DNA from: Octopus sinensis
Taxonomy: Eukaryota
Direction of reading: 5' to 3'
Assembly: GCF_006345805.1 (NCBI RefSeq)
Contig: NC_043015.1
Span: forward strand, 4,278,001-4,342,000
Length of the DNA: 64,000 nt
Part shown: piece after piece, positions 1 to 13,537 of the stretch
How positions within the stretch are numbered: position 1 is the stretch's first letter
Layout of the letters: each line of letters opens with the position of its first letter
The notes under the pieces: generated by a model
What the model was told of the DNA's origin: nothing
The model's input: the letters and a program-made list of their open reading frames with translations, nothing else
Databases searched by the model: none
Program-made: the position numbers and the translations under genes

Positions 1-727
1 ATTAAAAGTTTTGTCTTGAATTCAAATTAAATTTTACAAAGTAAATGTATATAAACGATAAGCAAAAAGAGAATATTTTTGCAGAAAATACAAGATGAAA
101 ATCTCGGATTTCCTGTTGCCAGTTAAGCAAGATAAAATGAGTCACAATGTCTGACACGTATCAGCAAATTCGACTATGCTGATAACTATTCAAAATGGAA
201 TATACACATTTAATTACATTTAAATCATATTTGATAGCTACTTACATCCATTTCATTGTTCTGAAACGTTCGTATCTTTTGTAGCACATTTTAACTTAAA
301 TTTGTGTCTTATATTCTTTCCTGTAGTTCTAATTATTTGGTTATAGATGTTGAAATGCATGGAACACACTTTTACTTGAAAATTTCTATGTTGCCGCAGG
401 CAAATGTTATACTCTTATGATAAAATATAAAATTGCCATTATATAGTTAAAACAAAAATAAAAGATGTAAACTGTAAATGTGATATGCGAATATTGCTAT
501 TCGATACAATATTGCAATATCAGGCGATACAATTCTCTTATTCTGTATTCAGTTTTAATATATTCATGAGACTTGCCCATAATATGTGTATGCTAAAACT
601 TCAGGTAGATTCAGTGAACAGAGTAATGCGAACCAATTTTCTTTTTTATAATTCGCTGCTATTATTGTTAGCTTTCTCACCGGAATATATGCTGAAAATT
701 ATATATACGTATACCTTTTACTTCATT

Positions 728-1025
728 CTTCCTTCGCGAGCCACGCTTGGCTCACAAGGGCCGGTTTCCCGGTTTACTTGGCGTATAGGCTCCCCACCTG
801 GTCGGGGCGCCTATCTGTCACTGGTGAGCTGCAAGATGCAGGAGGAAAGAGTGAGAGAAATGTGTGGCGAAAGAGTCAGCAGAAGTTCGCCACGAACTTC
901 TGCCGGAGCCGCGTGGAGCTTAGGTATTTCGCTCATAAACACACACATCTCCCGGTCTGACATTCGAACCCGCGATCCCTCGACCGCGAGTCCGCTGCTC
1001 TAACCACTAGGCCATATGCCTCCAC
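728..1025 (-). mobile_element. tRNA-derived SINE, group A (body 1 + tail X)
   Basis: Minus strand begins GTGGAGGCATATGGCCTAGTGGTTAGAGC (A box) ... GGTTCGAAT (B box). Body is shared with 19944-20309; tail is shared with 18166-18357. Confidence 0.85.
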
Positions 1026-1309
1026 TACTTGTTAGTAGTAACTACACACAATTATATAAACGTATATGTGTCAGTAGTAACTACACCGGGCCTGCATGTT
1101 TGACGAATACTACATGAAGTATGTGCTGATGGAATTTATGATTGTCGTGTCATATGAAATACAATTCTTGGATATCATAACGAAAACAAAGGAAACGGTC
1201 CTTGGTAATCCTCACAGTAAATTCGTATAGTGAAAGGTAAATATGAAGTCGCATCAATGATAATTTTATACATTGGAGGTACTATTGTCATTGCATACTA
1301 CATATTCAT

Positions 1310-1910
<601 letters not shown>

Positions 1911-1913
1911 TGG

Positions 1914-2200
1914 ATGGAAGCACTCCGTCGGTTGCGACAATGAGGGTCCGGTTGATCCGATTCAGCGGAACAGCCTGCTCGTGAAATTAACGTGTAAGTG
2001 GCTGAGCACTCCACAGACACGTGCACCCTTAACGTAGTTCTCGGGGATATTCAGCGTGACACAGAGAGTGACAAGGCCGGCCCCTTGAAATACAGGTACA
2101 ACAGAAACAGGAAGTAAGAGTGAGAGAAAGTTGTGGTGAAAGAGTACAGCAGGGATCACCACCTTCCCCTGCCGGAGCTGCGTGGAGCTTTTAGGTGTTT
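1914..2200 (-). mobile_element. 5'-truncated SINE, group A (body 1 + tail Y)
   Basis: Highly similar to 19943-20208 (ATGGAAGCACTCCGTCGGTT...GAGTACAGCAGGGAT) but lacks the tRNA-like head. Confidence 0.85.
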
Positions 2201-2211
2201 ATGTATATATA

Positions 2212-3434
2212 TCAGGTTACTGCAAATGTAATGTCCAATTGTAAGGTCTTTTAACAATAATATAGCCCGTGATTAAGGCTTGCCAGAACTTCTTCTCATC
2301 TGTCAATAAACTTATAAATGCCAAACTTAAAAAATTGCTTAGATTTTGATGCGAAATATGAATCCCACTAATTTTCAAACCTTTTCGTTGATGTCAACCT
2401 AAGACAATTAACATGGATGTGTACACCTCGAAACAAATATTAATCAGAATGAGCAAGGTGTGGATAATATGAAGCATGAAACAGTATTTATCAACCAATC
2501 TCTTCAAAGAGATCTTTTGTCAGACGTGCTATGTCCGAACAATCATTATTATGGTGAAAGATAAACTATTTCAGTTGACTAAGAAGGGTCGCTTCCTGTT
2601 TAAATCAGTTTTCAAACGATGAAGTTGATAACAGTAGAGATTAACAGTAACAATTTGATTGTGGTCTAACAGATCTTAATGGACAATACTTTCACTATCC
2701 CACCATGCACTCATCTTGATCTTCCTTGAATGAAGGACTTCTATTGGTTCTTGAACAGGTCTTCCTCCTTGACTGATTCGCAATCGGCGACGTTTAACGT
2801 TATGACTTAAATTACACTCCACTTGTCATCATCTGCAGCAAGCCTTCTTGAAAATGATTCCTGTAGGAGTAAACAATGACTGAGAACAAACAACATGCTG
2901 TGGCAGATTCCCTGGAGTCAGTTCGTGTGGGAATCATTTTCCAACCACCGAAACCTATCCGAACATTTTTCATTTGGTGTAGAAAATTTGTATAGGCTAT
3001 GTTAAACTGTTCTTTGATTTATCTAGAAGTTCCAGTTGGATTTTCTGGGACAACGGTTCCCAACCCTACAGAATCAAGTTATTTTGAACGACCTTCTTGG
3101 CTCGTTTTTCAAGCACAAATTCCCACTTCTGAAGCGGGACAGCAATCTCCTGCAACTTCTTTCCCTCATTATATCATCCTCATAACATTTCTGAAGAGGC
3201 ACTACTACTGTGTTTGCATTGACACATATATGAAATTTATAGAGTTAGACGTGTCTAATGTCATCTGTAGATGAGACACACATGAGTGCGAATATAACTG
3301 AAGGTTATGGCCAATACAATCAGAATCTGAACGAAAAACGTATATATTTTCCCTTGTGACACTCTTAAAACATTGCAATTAAAACAAAACTATCTAAAAT
3401 TGTTTTCTAAAAACTCCAATTTACACCAGCCTGG
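2212..3434 (-). mobile_element. degenerate full-span mariner element
   Basis: Minus-strand remnants RFRSGNLCLKNEPR, FPHELTP (WVPHEL), AADDDKW (TGDEKW), KMSAWWDSESIVH, YCYQLHRLK, RKRPFLVN. Imperfect TA-flanked TIRs (TCAGGTTACTGCAAATG / CCAGGCTGGTGTAAATT). About 1.2 kb. Confidence 0.85.
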
Positions 3435-3727
3435 TATATATAAATATCCATATGTGTGTGTGTATTTCTTTGGATTCTAATACTGGAGCGCGTGAAACTC
3501 AATATGTCGATGGAATTTTGATGTATTTTGTATTCTCATGATACAGAAATTTGACCTACGAAAATCTGTCCTCCACATCGATTTATGCTATGTATATGTG
3601 TGTGTGCGTGCGTGTATGTGCACGTGTGCGCACGTGTTTGTGTGAGTGTACGTGTGTATGTATGTGTGTATGTATATTCTCTTCTAACTGTGTAGTCGTT
3701 GGAGATTGTATGTATCATATAAACATA

Positions 3728-4136
3728 TACAAAGAGGATTTAAAAAATTATCTACACTTTCGCCATAACATATCTTTATTATTGTCACACTCCCTTCTGC
3801 TCATGTGTGATTATAGTTGGTACTATTGTGGTAACGTGATCGACGTTTGAGGCTGACTACGCCGTTTATATTTCTGGCGTTATGGTGTTAGCATTGCCGC
3901 TCCACTAGCAGTGTACCCCAAAGAAGAATAACGAACAGTGATCCAACAGACGGTTTCTGCTCCGGACAAAATTTCCGAACAGAGAAATCGGATCACTGCT
4001 GTTTTACTCTTTGTTCTTCTTTGGATCACATTGCTAGTGGAAAACTCATGCTTACGCTGTAAAGCCAGGGAGAAGTAAATCGAAGAGAATAAAATAATAT
4101 TGTAAAATTCTGGATTTATTTGGGTGTGCACTCGTT
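3728..4136. mobile_element. two mariner 5' ends joined in inverted orientation (MITE-like)
   Basis: Plus arm reads AAPLAVYPKEE*RTVI; minus arm reads AVIRFLCSEILSGAET. Segments 3865-3944 and 3990-4080 are imperfect inverted copies. TIR-like starts at both outer ends. Confidence 0.6.
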
Positions 4137-5737
4137 AATGAATGGGTGGGATCCAGGAAATACATAGTAGTGCTCAAATGATTTAAATTACACTCCGAAA
4201 TCTTCTTCGAGGACAATGTCCACGGAGTAAAGTTGAGCTGATATTGGGTCTCGTCGACACTGTCATGTCTTTCTTTGAACTCACTGTATATGCCAATTCA
4301 TAACCTGGATTTATAACAAAGTTACAGGAGTTGACTTGCTATCACACAGGAGTGTCAGGATTTCATCACAACAGCTGATATGGAAATAATGATAGAAATA
4401 AACAAATTATAAGGCTTGGGATTAATTTATAAAATTGACATGCATACATATACATGAAAATATATTTAGGGATACCTAGAAATACCAAAAGCAGAAGATA
4501 TGCATGTATTTATTTATATATTTACAGAAGAGTTTTGCTTGGAGAAAAAGAAATAGACAACTAAGTGGAAAGTTCTATATATATCAAGGCCAGGTGTGTG
4601 AACGAAATCAGGTTGTTTCCCAAAATGGAGGCGAACACCTTTCTTCATATGACCGTATTGAAAAATTATTAAGATACTTGGACTTTTTCTCACTCTTTTC
4701 AACATGAAACTCACGGTAGCCTTAATTCACATATAAAGAAATTATTTGTCCATGAATGCGGTATTGAGCACTGATTCCAACGTTCTACATTTACGTATAT
4801 ATGTGTGCGTGTATGTGCATGTGTGTGTATGTGTGTGTTTGTGTGTGTGTCTGTCTGTGTGTGTGCAATATATATGTATTAAAACTCACGATATCATGAA
4901 TGCTATACAGATAATACAGCAGTATATCTGAAGGTTGCTTGGCGTTTCGATTCGATCACATCCAAAAGTTTTCTTTTAAACATGTACTTGGATAGGTGAA
5001 AGAACATATAAGCTTTTGGAGAACACATTTAACCTGAACTTTCTCCGATATACCGATATCAATATGTGTTTTCTATTGCAGTTTGCCAAAAGACACTTCC
5101 ATGTATATTTCAACTATTCTGACTAATACGTAGCTACAACTGAATGCGCAGACATGCTTGCTGAAAATTTGTATTTTTGTGATCTAAATAGAAAAAAAAT
5201 TTTCTCGAATCAGTTGTTGTCTCTACGTGCCGTGGCTTAAATTCCTCTGTTTTCTCTCGCTACCAACTTATAGAAAGTTGTATATAACTTTTAAAATACG
5301 CTTCGACACGTATGTGATTGTGGAATGACTAATAATTCCAATAGCAGTGAATTGATACTTAGAAAATATTCTGCTGTTTGTTTAGTTAAATAATATCATT
5401 TTTATTCGAATTTCTCATTTAAGCATTCTGTTACGTTAACCAAGAATCTCTCATTGAATTTCAGTAATTCCATTTTTGTAAATGTATGAAACATCGCTTT
5501 GCAAATGATAAAGTTTTATTGACAGAAGTGTCGCTATTCTTGTAGTTAATGTTAATCATACTTTTAGTATACTTACGATGAACATCATTCTACCTGAACA
5601 TAGAATGTGTTTTCGGACTGTTTTTTTTAATACCTTTATGACTAGAGTTAATTATTCAATCAATTAAACTATCTCAAGTATATTGTTTAGTTATCATTTA
5701 TTAAGTCATATACAGATAGTTAGATTGTGACATGATA

Positions 5738-5746
5738 TCATATATT

Positions 5747-5793
<47 letters not shown>

Positions 5794-5854
5794 ATGTATA
5801 TTTATATATATACGCGCGTGCACATACATATATCTATATGTATGTATAAATAAA

Positions 5855-5905
<51 letters not shown>
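5738..5905. repeat. (TA)n/(TG)n microsatellite
   Basis: Direct inspection. Confidence 0.95.
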
Positions 5906-5910
<5 letters not shown>

Positions 5911-7009
5911 GAACTCTTCCACGAAAGGAGTACTTAAACTTCTTAGAAACAAACAGGCATTTTATAAACACAAAATGAATATAAGCTTTTGTGTGCTACT
6001 ATTAGTTTCGTGTGCTGAGAACTTGCCAAACATTGTTTTACTTCACGTCCGATGTCCCAGCACAATCATCAGTCATCTTACCTTTTGTTCCAGTCATCAA
6101 GAAGTACTGTCACGAAAGTATTGACAGCCTTTGAGAAAGTGGGAAAAGCCTCCTCCTGGAAACAAAACTCCGGAAGAAAATATAAAGTTACAGATAGGGA
6201 TTTGTTAGACTGCAGAGTTTAATAACCACCTAGAGAACACACCTTCCACTGTAAAAACCAGATTTCATGGGAAGGTTGCAATCAGAAAACCACTACTTTC
6301 AAAAACAAACGTTGCAAAGCGTTGAGAGTGTGGTAAAAACCTACAGAATTGGTCCCAGAGCAGTGGAAGAATGTTGTTTTCTCGGACTAGTCATGCTTTA
6401 CCTACTTTCCAACCATCGGCCGAGTAAATGTGTGGAGACAGAAAGAAGTATTTGAACCAGATTTCCTTCTTCCAAGTTTTAACCTGGCGGAGGACTTGTG
6501 ATGATCTGAGGGGTGATATATCTTCGAAAACAGCCGACCCAAAGGTTTCCCTTGATGGGAAAATAAATAGTCAAGACAGTTAGTTTAAGCATTTTATCTG
6601 ATCAAATTCATCCTTTGGTTGCGGAACAGTTTCCGGGGGAAAACACAATATTTGGGGATGATAATGTATCAATTCGCACACTTGTTACTGAATGGCACGA
6701 AGAACATTCTAGTGACGTTGAACATCTTATCTGCCAACCAGTTACCAGATTTCTATATTATTAAACATTTATGGTGCATTTTAGAAAGCCATTTAAGGAA
6801 TCGATATCATCCACCATCATCACTACGAGAACTGGAAACTGTTTTAGCTGAAGAATGCATAAAAATTCCTTTGGAATCAATTCAAACTTTGTACGAGCCT
6901 ATACCTTTAAGAATTCAAGATATTATTACTGACAAAGGCAGCCCTATCCCATTTTAAAATAAATTTATTTGAAAGTTTAAGGTGTTTCCATTATTTTATC
7001 CAACCCCTG
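5906..7009 (+). mobile_element. degenerate Tc1-family (DD34E) transposon
   Basis: Remnants NSGRKYKVTDRD, QWKNVVFSD*SCF, VMI*G, IFGDDN, LPDFYIIKHLW...LAEECIKIP...IPLRIQDIITDKGSPIPF*. The 3' TIR ...GGTGTTTCCATTATTTTATCCAACCCCTG is followed by TA. No 5' TIR seen; left boundary is approximate. Confidence 0.9.
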
Positions 7010-8877
7010 TATATTCCGTGATATATTAATGCGTTTAACATTTTTATACTGATTCTCATGGTTTTTCTATTATATAAGAATTGTGCGAATGAGAATTGCC
7101 TGTTTAATTCAATGCACAATTCCATTTATTTTTCTGAGTTAACCTATCTCTCTCACAAGGTATTTATTGCTATCTCATGACTTTTCTCGCTATGTGTAAA
7201 GATATACATTTTACGTGTATATACCTGCTACCTAAGCACGTATAAAATTTGGTCAGTATGTTAATGTAATTGACAGCATCAAACAAACGACATTATTGAA
7301 CGGGGCAATGAGTCAGAGCATTTGCTATTTCTACTGAATCAGGAGATATTAGGTTAGGTCGGTATTTTGTTATCGGTTATTCAAATGATGCAGTGAAGGG
7401 ATTTCTGAAGCTCTTCATTGTAGATTTTTCAATTAGATAATAAATTTCTTCCGTATCTAGAAGCTTACCTTCTACTTGAATTGTTGATCTGCGCAAGAAT
7501 AAAAATAAGATTGACGACAGGACATTAGGTTTTGGAGCGTTTAGAGAATAGTGAAAAATCACGCAGCATCGATCCATTACCTTTTCCATTACGTTTGCTT
7601 ATAGGTTTATACTTTGTGTTTTTATTTGGCAGATGTTGCCACTTTGAAATAAATGCAAAGCTTATATGCATGTGCAGAGATAAATGTTGTAGCGGCATGT
7701 GTTACGTTTGCTTAAATATATTCTGACATAACTGTTAGGTTTAGCTAGATATTTTTTTAATATTAATATAACATATTTTTGCGCCTTAAATATTGTTATT
7801 AATATCGTGTCTGCATAAACTTGTGGATATAATTTAATATTCATAATGCAAATCGACATAGAAATATTTAGCATGTAGCAAATAACGTATATTTAAAGGG
7901 AAATATGCACAAACGCGTAGATTTAGAAAGGGACAGTATTCGTCTTATTTCCTGCGGTTTTCGTTAAGGAAACTTGAGCAAACCAGATTATTTCAGAGTT
8001 TATATCCTACGCCGTACGTCAACAATGATAATACGATTCATGGTTATACAATGATTCCAAGAAATAAGAAATTTGGTAGCATAACAGAGTTGCTAAATTG
8101 AGTATCAAGTCGGAACACTTGTTTCTAATTTACAGACGGACAGAAATTTCGTTTAGGTGACGTGTCAAATTCGCTCATAACCGTGCTTGACTAGTACTGT
8201 ATGTTATCACAATAGAGGAAGAATGATCAACAGATGTGAAACCAGAACGTCGAAACACGTGAAGTCTACTGGACCTGCCACGTCGCAGCGAGTCACTTTG
8301 GAATAAGATACATTAAATACATTAACATAAATAATAACATTTGTATTATTAATACATTAGAATTACTTTATCTCATTTTTGATATAATCACCTTAGTTTC
8401 ATTAGTTTTATTTCGTACTTGGTATAGGAAATTGTATAACGGAGTGTACTGGTATATTTCACACGTTAAAAAAATAGTTCAATGTGGCATCAGGGATTTT
8501 CACAGATGACAAATCATTCGTTTCTACTTTCAAGATATGCTGGTTATTTTAAATTACATCACTTGATCTTACTGGATGCAACATGGTCATTGTTTCTTAG
8601 ACCAACGTGACACCTCATAGAGTTGTAATATGTTCAGAAACATTCCATCCGAATACCATTCTATCTTTCTGGAGAGAACTATTTCTACCCTATAACGCTA
8701 GTGTCATATATTTATGGAACGCTAGTGTTATATATTTATGGATACGCTGCAGTTATCTCTAGCAAAACAAATGGCTACCTAAATAGACCGTCGTTGTCTC
8801 GGTATCGCTCGTAAACTCAACATCATATCTAATTACCATTTTCTCGTAATTATCTGTGTGGAAATGTTTATTCACAG

Positions 8878-8968
8878 CTTCTTATTTGTGAATGGTGGGA
8901 CGAAGTTAATGGCGTCTATTGGATGGATATTTCTCTGGATTACATCCAATTCATGATTGAAAGTCGAG
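8878..8968 (+). CDS. candidate exon of an unidentified host gene
   Basis: Acceptor ttattcacag|, donor GAG|gtgagt. One open frame: LLICEWWDEVNGVYWMDISLDYIQFMIESR. No family recognised; could be UTR or chance. Confidence 0.35.
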
Positions 8969-9213
8969 GTGAGTATCGCCGAAAAATTGCATTCTTTAAA
9001 TTTTAAATAATTCTGGCAATGCGTCTGTGTTCAATATTGCCTCGCCAGCTAACCAGAACTAAATGAGATGTCATCGATCATTATGCACAACGTCTCCGAT
9101 TCGGCAATGAATTTTATTGAAGTCAATTTTATGTAGTGCGTGCACAAGAACAATATCTATTCATTTTGATATTGCTATTTGAGTAATAACATTGTTTGTA
9201 TTTCTTCAGTCAG

Positions 9214-9263
9214 TGCTTGACGAAGCGTATAGAGAAATGAGAATGTCTAGCAAATTCTATGAG
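9214..9263 (+). CDS. candidate exon following 8878-8968
   Basis: Acceptor gtatttcttcagtcag| (alternative AG gives start 9210), donor GAG|gtaaat. Continues the frame as VLDEAYREMRMSSKFYE. Confidence 0.33.
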
Positions 9264-10219
9264 GTAAATACACTAAATATTTTCATGTTAAACTCCAGAT
9301 TCACAAAGTCAGCCATTCTGCTTAATTTCCCACTGTCTAAACTTAGTTTGCAATAGCATAAAAAGGCCTCGTTATAATGAACTCGGCGTGTGAGTGATGC
9401 AAATGACAAAATGAGAATAAAAATGAAAAGAAACCTCGTAGTGACGGTTCATATGTTAGAAATATGACACTGTCTAACAAATGAGAAATATACGCGAGTT
9501 ATTGTTCAGCAACAAATATTTATGAAGATCTTTTATTCATCAATAGAGGACAAAGTAAAGGATGGAAAATTACTAAATACTCATATAATTATGATTGCTG
9601 TTATGTATTCCGTTTATCTAAAACACAATATTTATTGTATTGTGTGGCTAGCTTCGTTATACAAATTCCATCATGGTTTAATAATCAACATCAAATATTC
9701 CAAATTTGATATATCTGAAATGAATAGAGGACAATGATAATACTTGCCACCTGTATCTGTATTAATATGTGAGCCGCGTATCATAGGATGTACATATAAC
9801 TTTAGATTATTATTAATTCGATAATGTGGGGGAGAAATATATAAAGAGTGTCAGGTCGAATTCTGTAAATCTAAGCTCTAAGTTTTAACGTAAAATTCTA
9901 TTTTTTTCAAATGTGTTCCCGAGTGGCGTCGTGCAATCATTGTTTGCAAATTACACATGGAAGATAATTCATTAAAATCGTCCATTTCTCTTTAGTTACA
10001 AACTGCCGTTGTGATATAGGGATATTACTTCAAAAATTAAGAAATATCTGTATTTTAAATGGATTAAGCAACAATAATGTATTTAGTTATAACTTCACTT
10101 ACCTTTTTAAACAATATTATTTGTAGTTTTCGTTTCTCCTTTCCACATCCATAGGTGACAAATAAGATATTAATGCAAGGAACTGATTAAGGTGAAGGTG
10201 ATATTGCCAGAAACTTCTA

Positions 10220-11399
10220 TTACGTCATTAAGAATGAAATGTCCGATTTTCTTATGCTCACAGATTAACAGTCGTTAACTCAAAAGTTTTATCCTAACAA
10301 TTATTTGTTTTACAACAATGAAGAATTACATCATCACTTTTGGAAATGCAATTCATGGTGTCTGATTATATTGAGTTTTTCTCCTGTAAATTAAATTTTG
10401 TGAACATACGGATAGATAAAATATTCGTGTTGTTTATAAATATGAGTTCCATCGTGTGATCAATGCATCCCAGACAGATCGAAATACAAATGAGTTGTTT
10501 GGTACAGATGTGGCGAATGAGCGCACCTGTACGTCGATGGTGACTTTGCTCATGAAGATCAGCCCGGTGATAGACTTGAATGCAATGTTGATAATGATGA
10601 ACTGGAAACTGTAGTGGAAGCAGATACATCTCAAATTACGCGACAGTTGCAGCAAGGCTTGATGCTTTTATTCCAACTGTAGTGGACCATCTGAAACAAA
10701 TAGACAAGGTAAAGAAGCTGGACAAGTGGTTAACACAAGAACTGAACGAGCATCAAATGACCCGTCTTCTTGAAACTTGCTGTCACGGCTTATAAGCGTA
10801 TTGTTACGTGTGGTAAAACATGGGTTTTTACAACAGCAAGCGTTCTGCGCGGGGGTTAGAGACGAAGTGCTGAAACAATCGAAAGAAAAATGGTGTCTGT
10901 TTGGTTGTCCAGCGCTGGTGTCATCATGTACAGCTTCATGAGACCTGGTAAGTCAATAATAGCAGATGTATACATCCACCAAATGGATGAAATGTTGAGT
11001 GAACGTGCAATTAAACATCTGAGATTCGTCAATAGAGACAGGTCAATTGTCTTGCCAGACAATGGTCGACCACACGTTGCAGAAAGAACGCTACTCAAGT
11101 TACAAGAACTAAACTTGGACGCGCTCTGTCATCCATCATATTTACCAGACCCTGCACCGACTGACTATCACGATTTCCAGGTATTAGACAGCTATTTGGA
11201 AGCAAAAAACATAAAATCTGAAAAGATGCAAAAACAGCCTATCGTCATTTCATCACTTCTTGCTCTCCACATTTCTTTGCTGCCGGCGTAAACAAACTAG
11301 CGATAACATGGCAAAATTGTGTTGATAGTTTAGGTGCATACTGTGATTAACTACATTGATTTTTATTGAAAATCGGACATTTCATTTTTAATGACCTAA
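10220..11399 (+). mobile_element. mariner transposon (cecropia/Hsmar1-like), TIR to TIR, pseudogenised
   Basis: TIRs TTACGTCATTAAGAATGAAATGTCCGATTTTC and GAAAATCGGACATTTCATTTTTAATGACCTAA, with TA on both sides. Remnants YEFHR..ANERT, KKLDKW, PDNGRPH, HPSYLPDPAPTDYHDF. Confidence 0.93.
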
Positions 11400-11922
11400 T
11401 ACTTATCTTATCGATTGAGAGGCATTACATATCAAGATCTAAATAACCGATTTCAGAAAGGCCTCACTTTAATCTTATACTAGAACGTGACTGTTCAACA
11501 GATATTCTGTGACATGTTCCATTCACCAGTAGTTGTTTCCTAAAATCGTAGTACTTTATAAGCACATAACTCTTTATAAGAACATTGTATTTTGTGAGGA
11601 CATACTTATAAAGCAACTATATGAGTGATGTTGAAATCTATCTAAATATATGTCGGTACCGAATGATTGCCGAAGATATTAGTTTATAGTATATATACGA
11701 ACATTTGCATAAATATTATTACATGACAATGGATCAGACTTTAATATATAACTGAAGAAATTATTGATGTCAGGATAACGCCTCAACAGCGCAATAAGGA
11801 TGTATGCAGGTATGCCATTACTTTAAATATGGCGATTGGCTTAAAGGCTCCTGGAGGGACATATTTCAGAAATAATTTTCTACATTTACGTATTACAGGT
11901 TTTGGTGAGTGGTAATTGCAAA

Positions 11923-12029
11923 CATGCTCAACTGGTTAAGATCAAACGGCTGAGTAGCAAATCTGTGGTATTAAGCAGAATATTTGCTGTAGCCAATCTT
12001 TAATACCCTATAGCCCATCTTTTATACCT
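11923..12029 (-). mobile_element. fragment of the (AAT)n-associated element at 61371-61923
   Basis: Reverse complement matches ~61455-61540 (CATGCTCAACTGGTTAAG...AAATCTGTGGTATT...GCCCATCTTTTATACC). Abuts an (ATT)n tract. Confidence 0.8.
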
Positions 12030-12032
12030 TAG

Positions 12033-12048
12033 TATAATTATTATTGTA

Positions 12049-12083
<35 letters not shown>

Positions 12084-12107
12084 CATCATCATCATCATCA
12101 TCATCAC

Positions 12108-12146
<39 letters not shown>

Positions 12147-12325
12147 CATTACCACTATTATTATTATTATTATCATCATCATCATCATCACCATTATCAT
12201 TATCATCACCATCATCATCATCATCATCATCACCTTCATCATCATCATTGCCGTCGTCGTCGTCATCATCATCATCATCATCATTATTGTTATTATTATT
12301 ATTATTATTATCATCATCATCATCA

Positions 12326-12389
<64 letters not shown>

Positions 12390-12430
12390 CATTATTATTA
12401 TTATTATTATCACATTATTATTATTATTGT
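12033..12430. repeat. (ATT)n/(ATC)n trinucleotide repeat
   Basis: Direct inspection. Confidence 0.95.
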
Positions 12431-13029
12431 TTTCTTTATTATTTTAGTAATAACATTAATGATATAAATGATAATACCAACAAAGTAATCATGAGGACAG
12501 ATGTATTGCCACACTCAAAAAGTATCTGAAAGAAGTGGAAATGTCAAGTGTATGTATTAAACGAATCGAGCGAAAACACTGAATGTTTTAGAAACTCTAA
12601 TGTAAATTGATATTATTGCGTTTGTATATGAATGATAAACGTGTAATCAATAGAATATCATTGTATTGTTATTTCTAAAACAATACAGCATATAACTGAC
12701 CTTGTTCAATGCATAATGCATTTAAATTGATAGATCATGAAAACGGAACGTTTTCATCAAACGGAAATTTTTTCTCATCATTTCCTTCGATAATTGTAAA
12801 TATTTTTAATTTCAACGAGTAGATCAAATACCAAACATTTGATTTGCCGTTCTTTGCTGATTCTTTTATTGTTTATATATTCATTTATGTACGATGATGA
12901 TATCACACAATAATCACATTCCTGAAATTAATGTGACAGAACACATACCAATTAAATTCTGTAATAAGTGGGAATAATCACTATACGTATAATATATTCA
13001 TCCGCACATACATCCAGATGCATTCCAAC

Positions 13030-13187
13030 TCACACACACACGCACACGCACACACACACATACAAATGCAAATCATGTGTATGAATCTTAAAGCGTCTCC
13101 GCTTATGTACATATGTGCTTCAATATATGTATATGGCCGTATGGGTGGAAGCACACACACATATGCATGTGTATGTATGTATGTATG

Positions 13188-13240
<53 letters not shown>

Positions 13241-13305
13241 ATATGTATATATACATGTATATATGTATAAATATATATATATATATATATATGCATATAT
13301 ACACG

Positions 13306-13337
<32 letters not shown>

Positions 13338-13343
13338 ATATAT

Positions 13344-13391
<48 letters not shown>

Positions 13392-13449
13392 TCTGTATAA
13401 TATAATGCACAAACGCACCGCAAGCACATTTATTTATGTATTCCCACTC

Positions 13450-13535
<86 letters not shown>
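13030..13535. repeat. compound (CA)n/(TA)n/(TATG)n microsatellites
   Basis: Direct inspection. Confidence 0.9.

Positions 13536-13537
<2 letters not shown>

Noticed and set aside
485-1003. 172-aa ORF
   Set aside because: Half is the antisense strand of a SINE and the rest is AT-rich filler; no protein features.
950-1025. tRNA-like sequences (also ~20235-20309 and ~18280-18357)
   Set aside because: A/B boxes are present, but they continue into SINE bodies and lack a complete cloverleaf; SINE heads, not tRNA genes.
8228-8265. CAGATGTG...CGAAACACGTG hammerhead-like words
   Set aside because: Core mismatched, with no supporting stems I or II.
10890-11291. 133-aa transposase ORF as a functional or domesticated gene
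   Set aside because: The rest of the element has stops and frameshifts, and the YSPDL motif is altered.
11899-11904. 6-nt micro-exon ttacag|GTTTTG|gtgagt
   Set aside because: Too short to distinguish from chance without RNA data.
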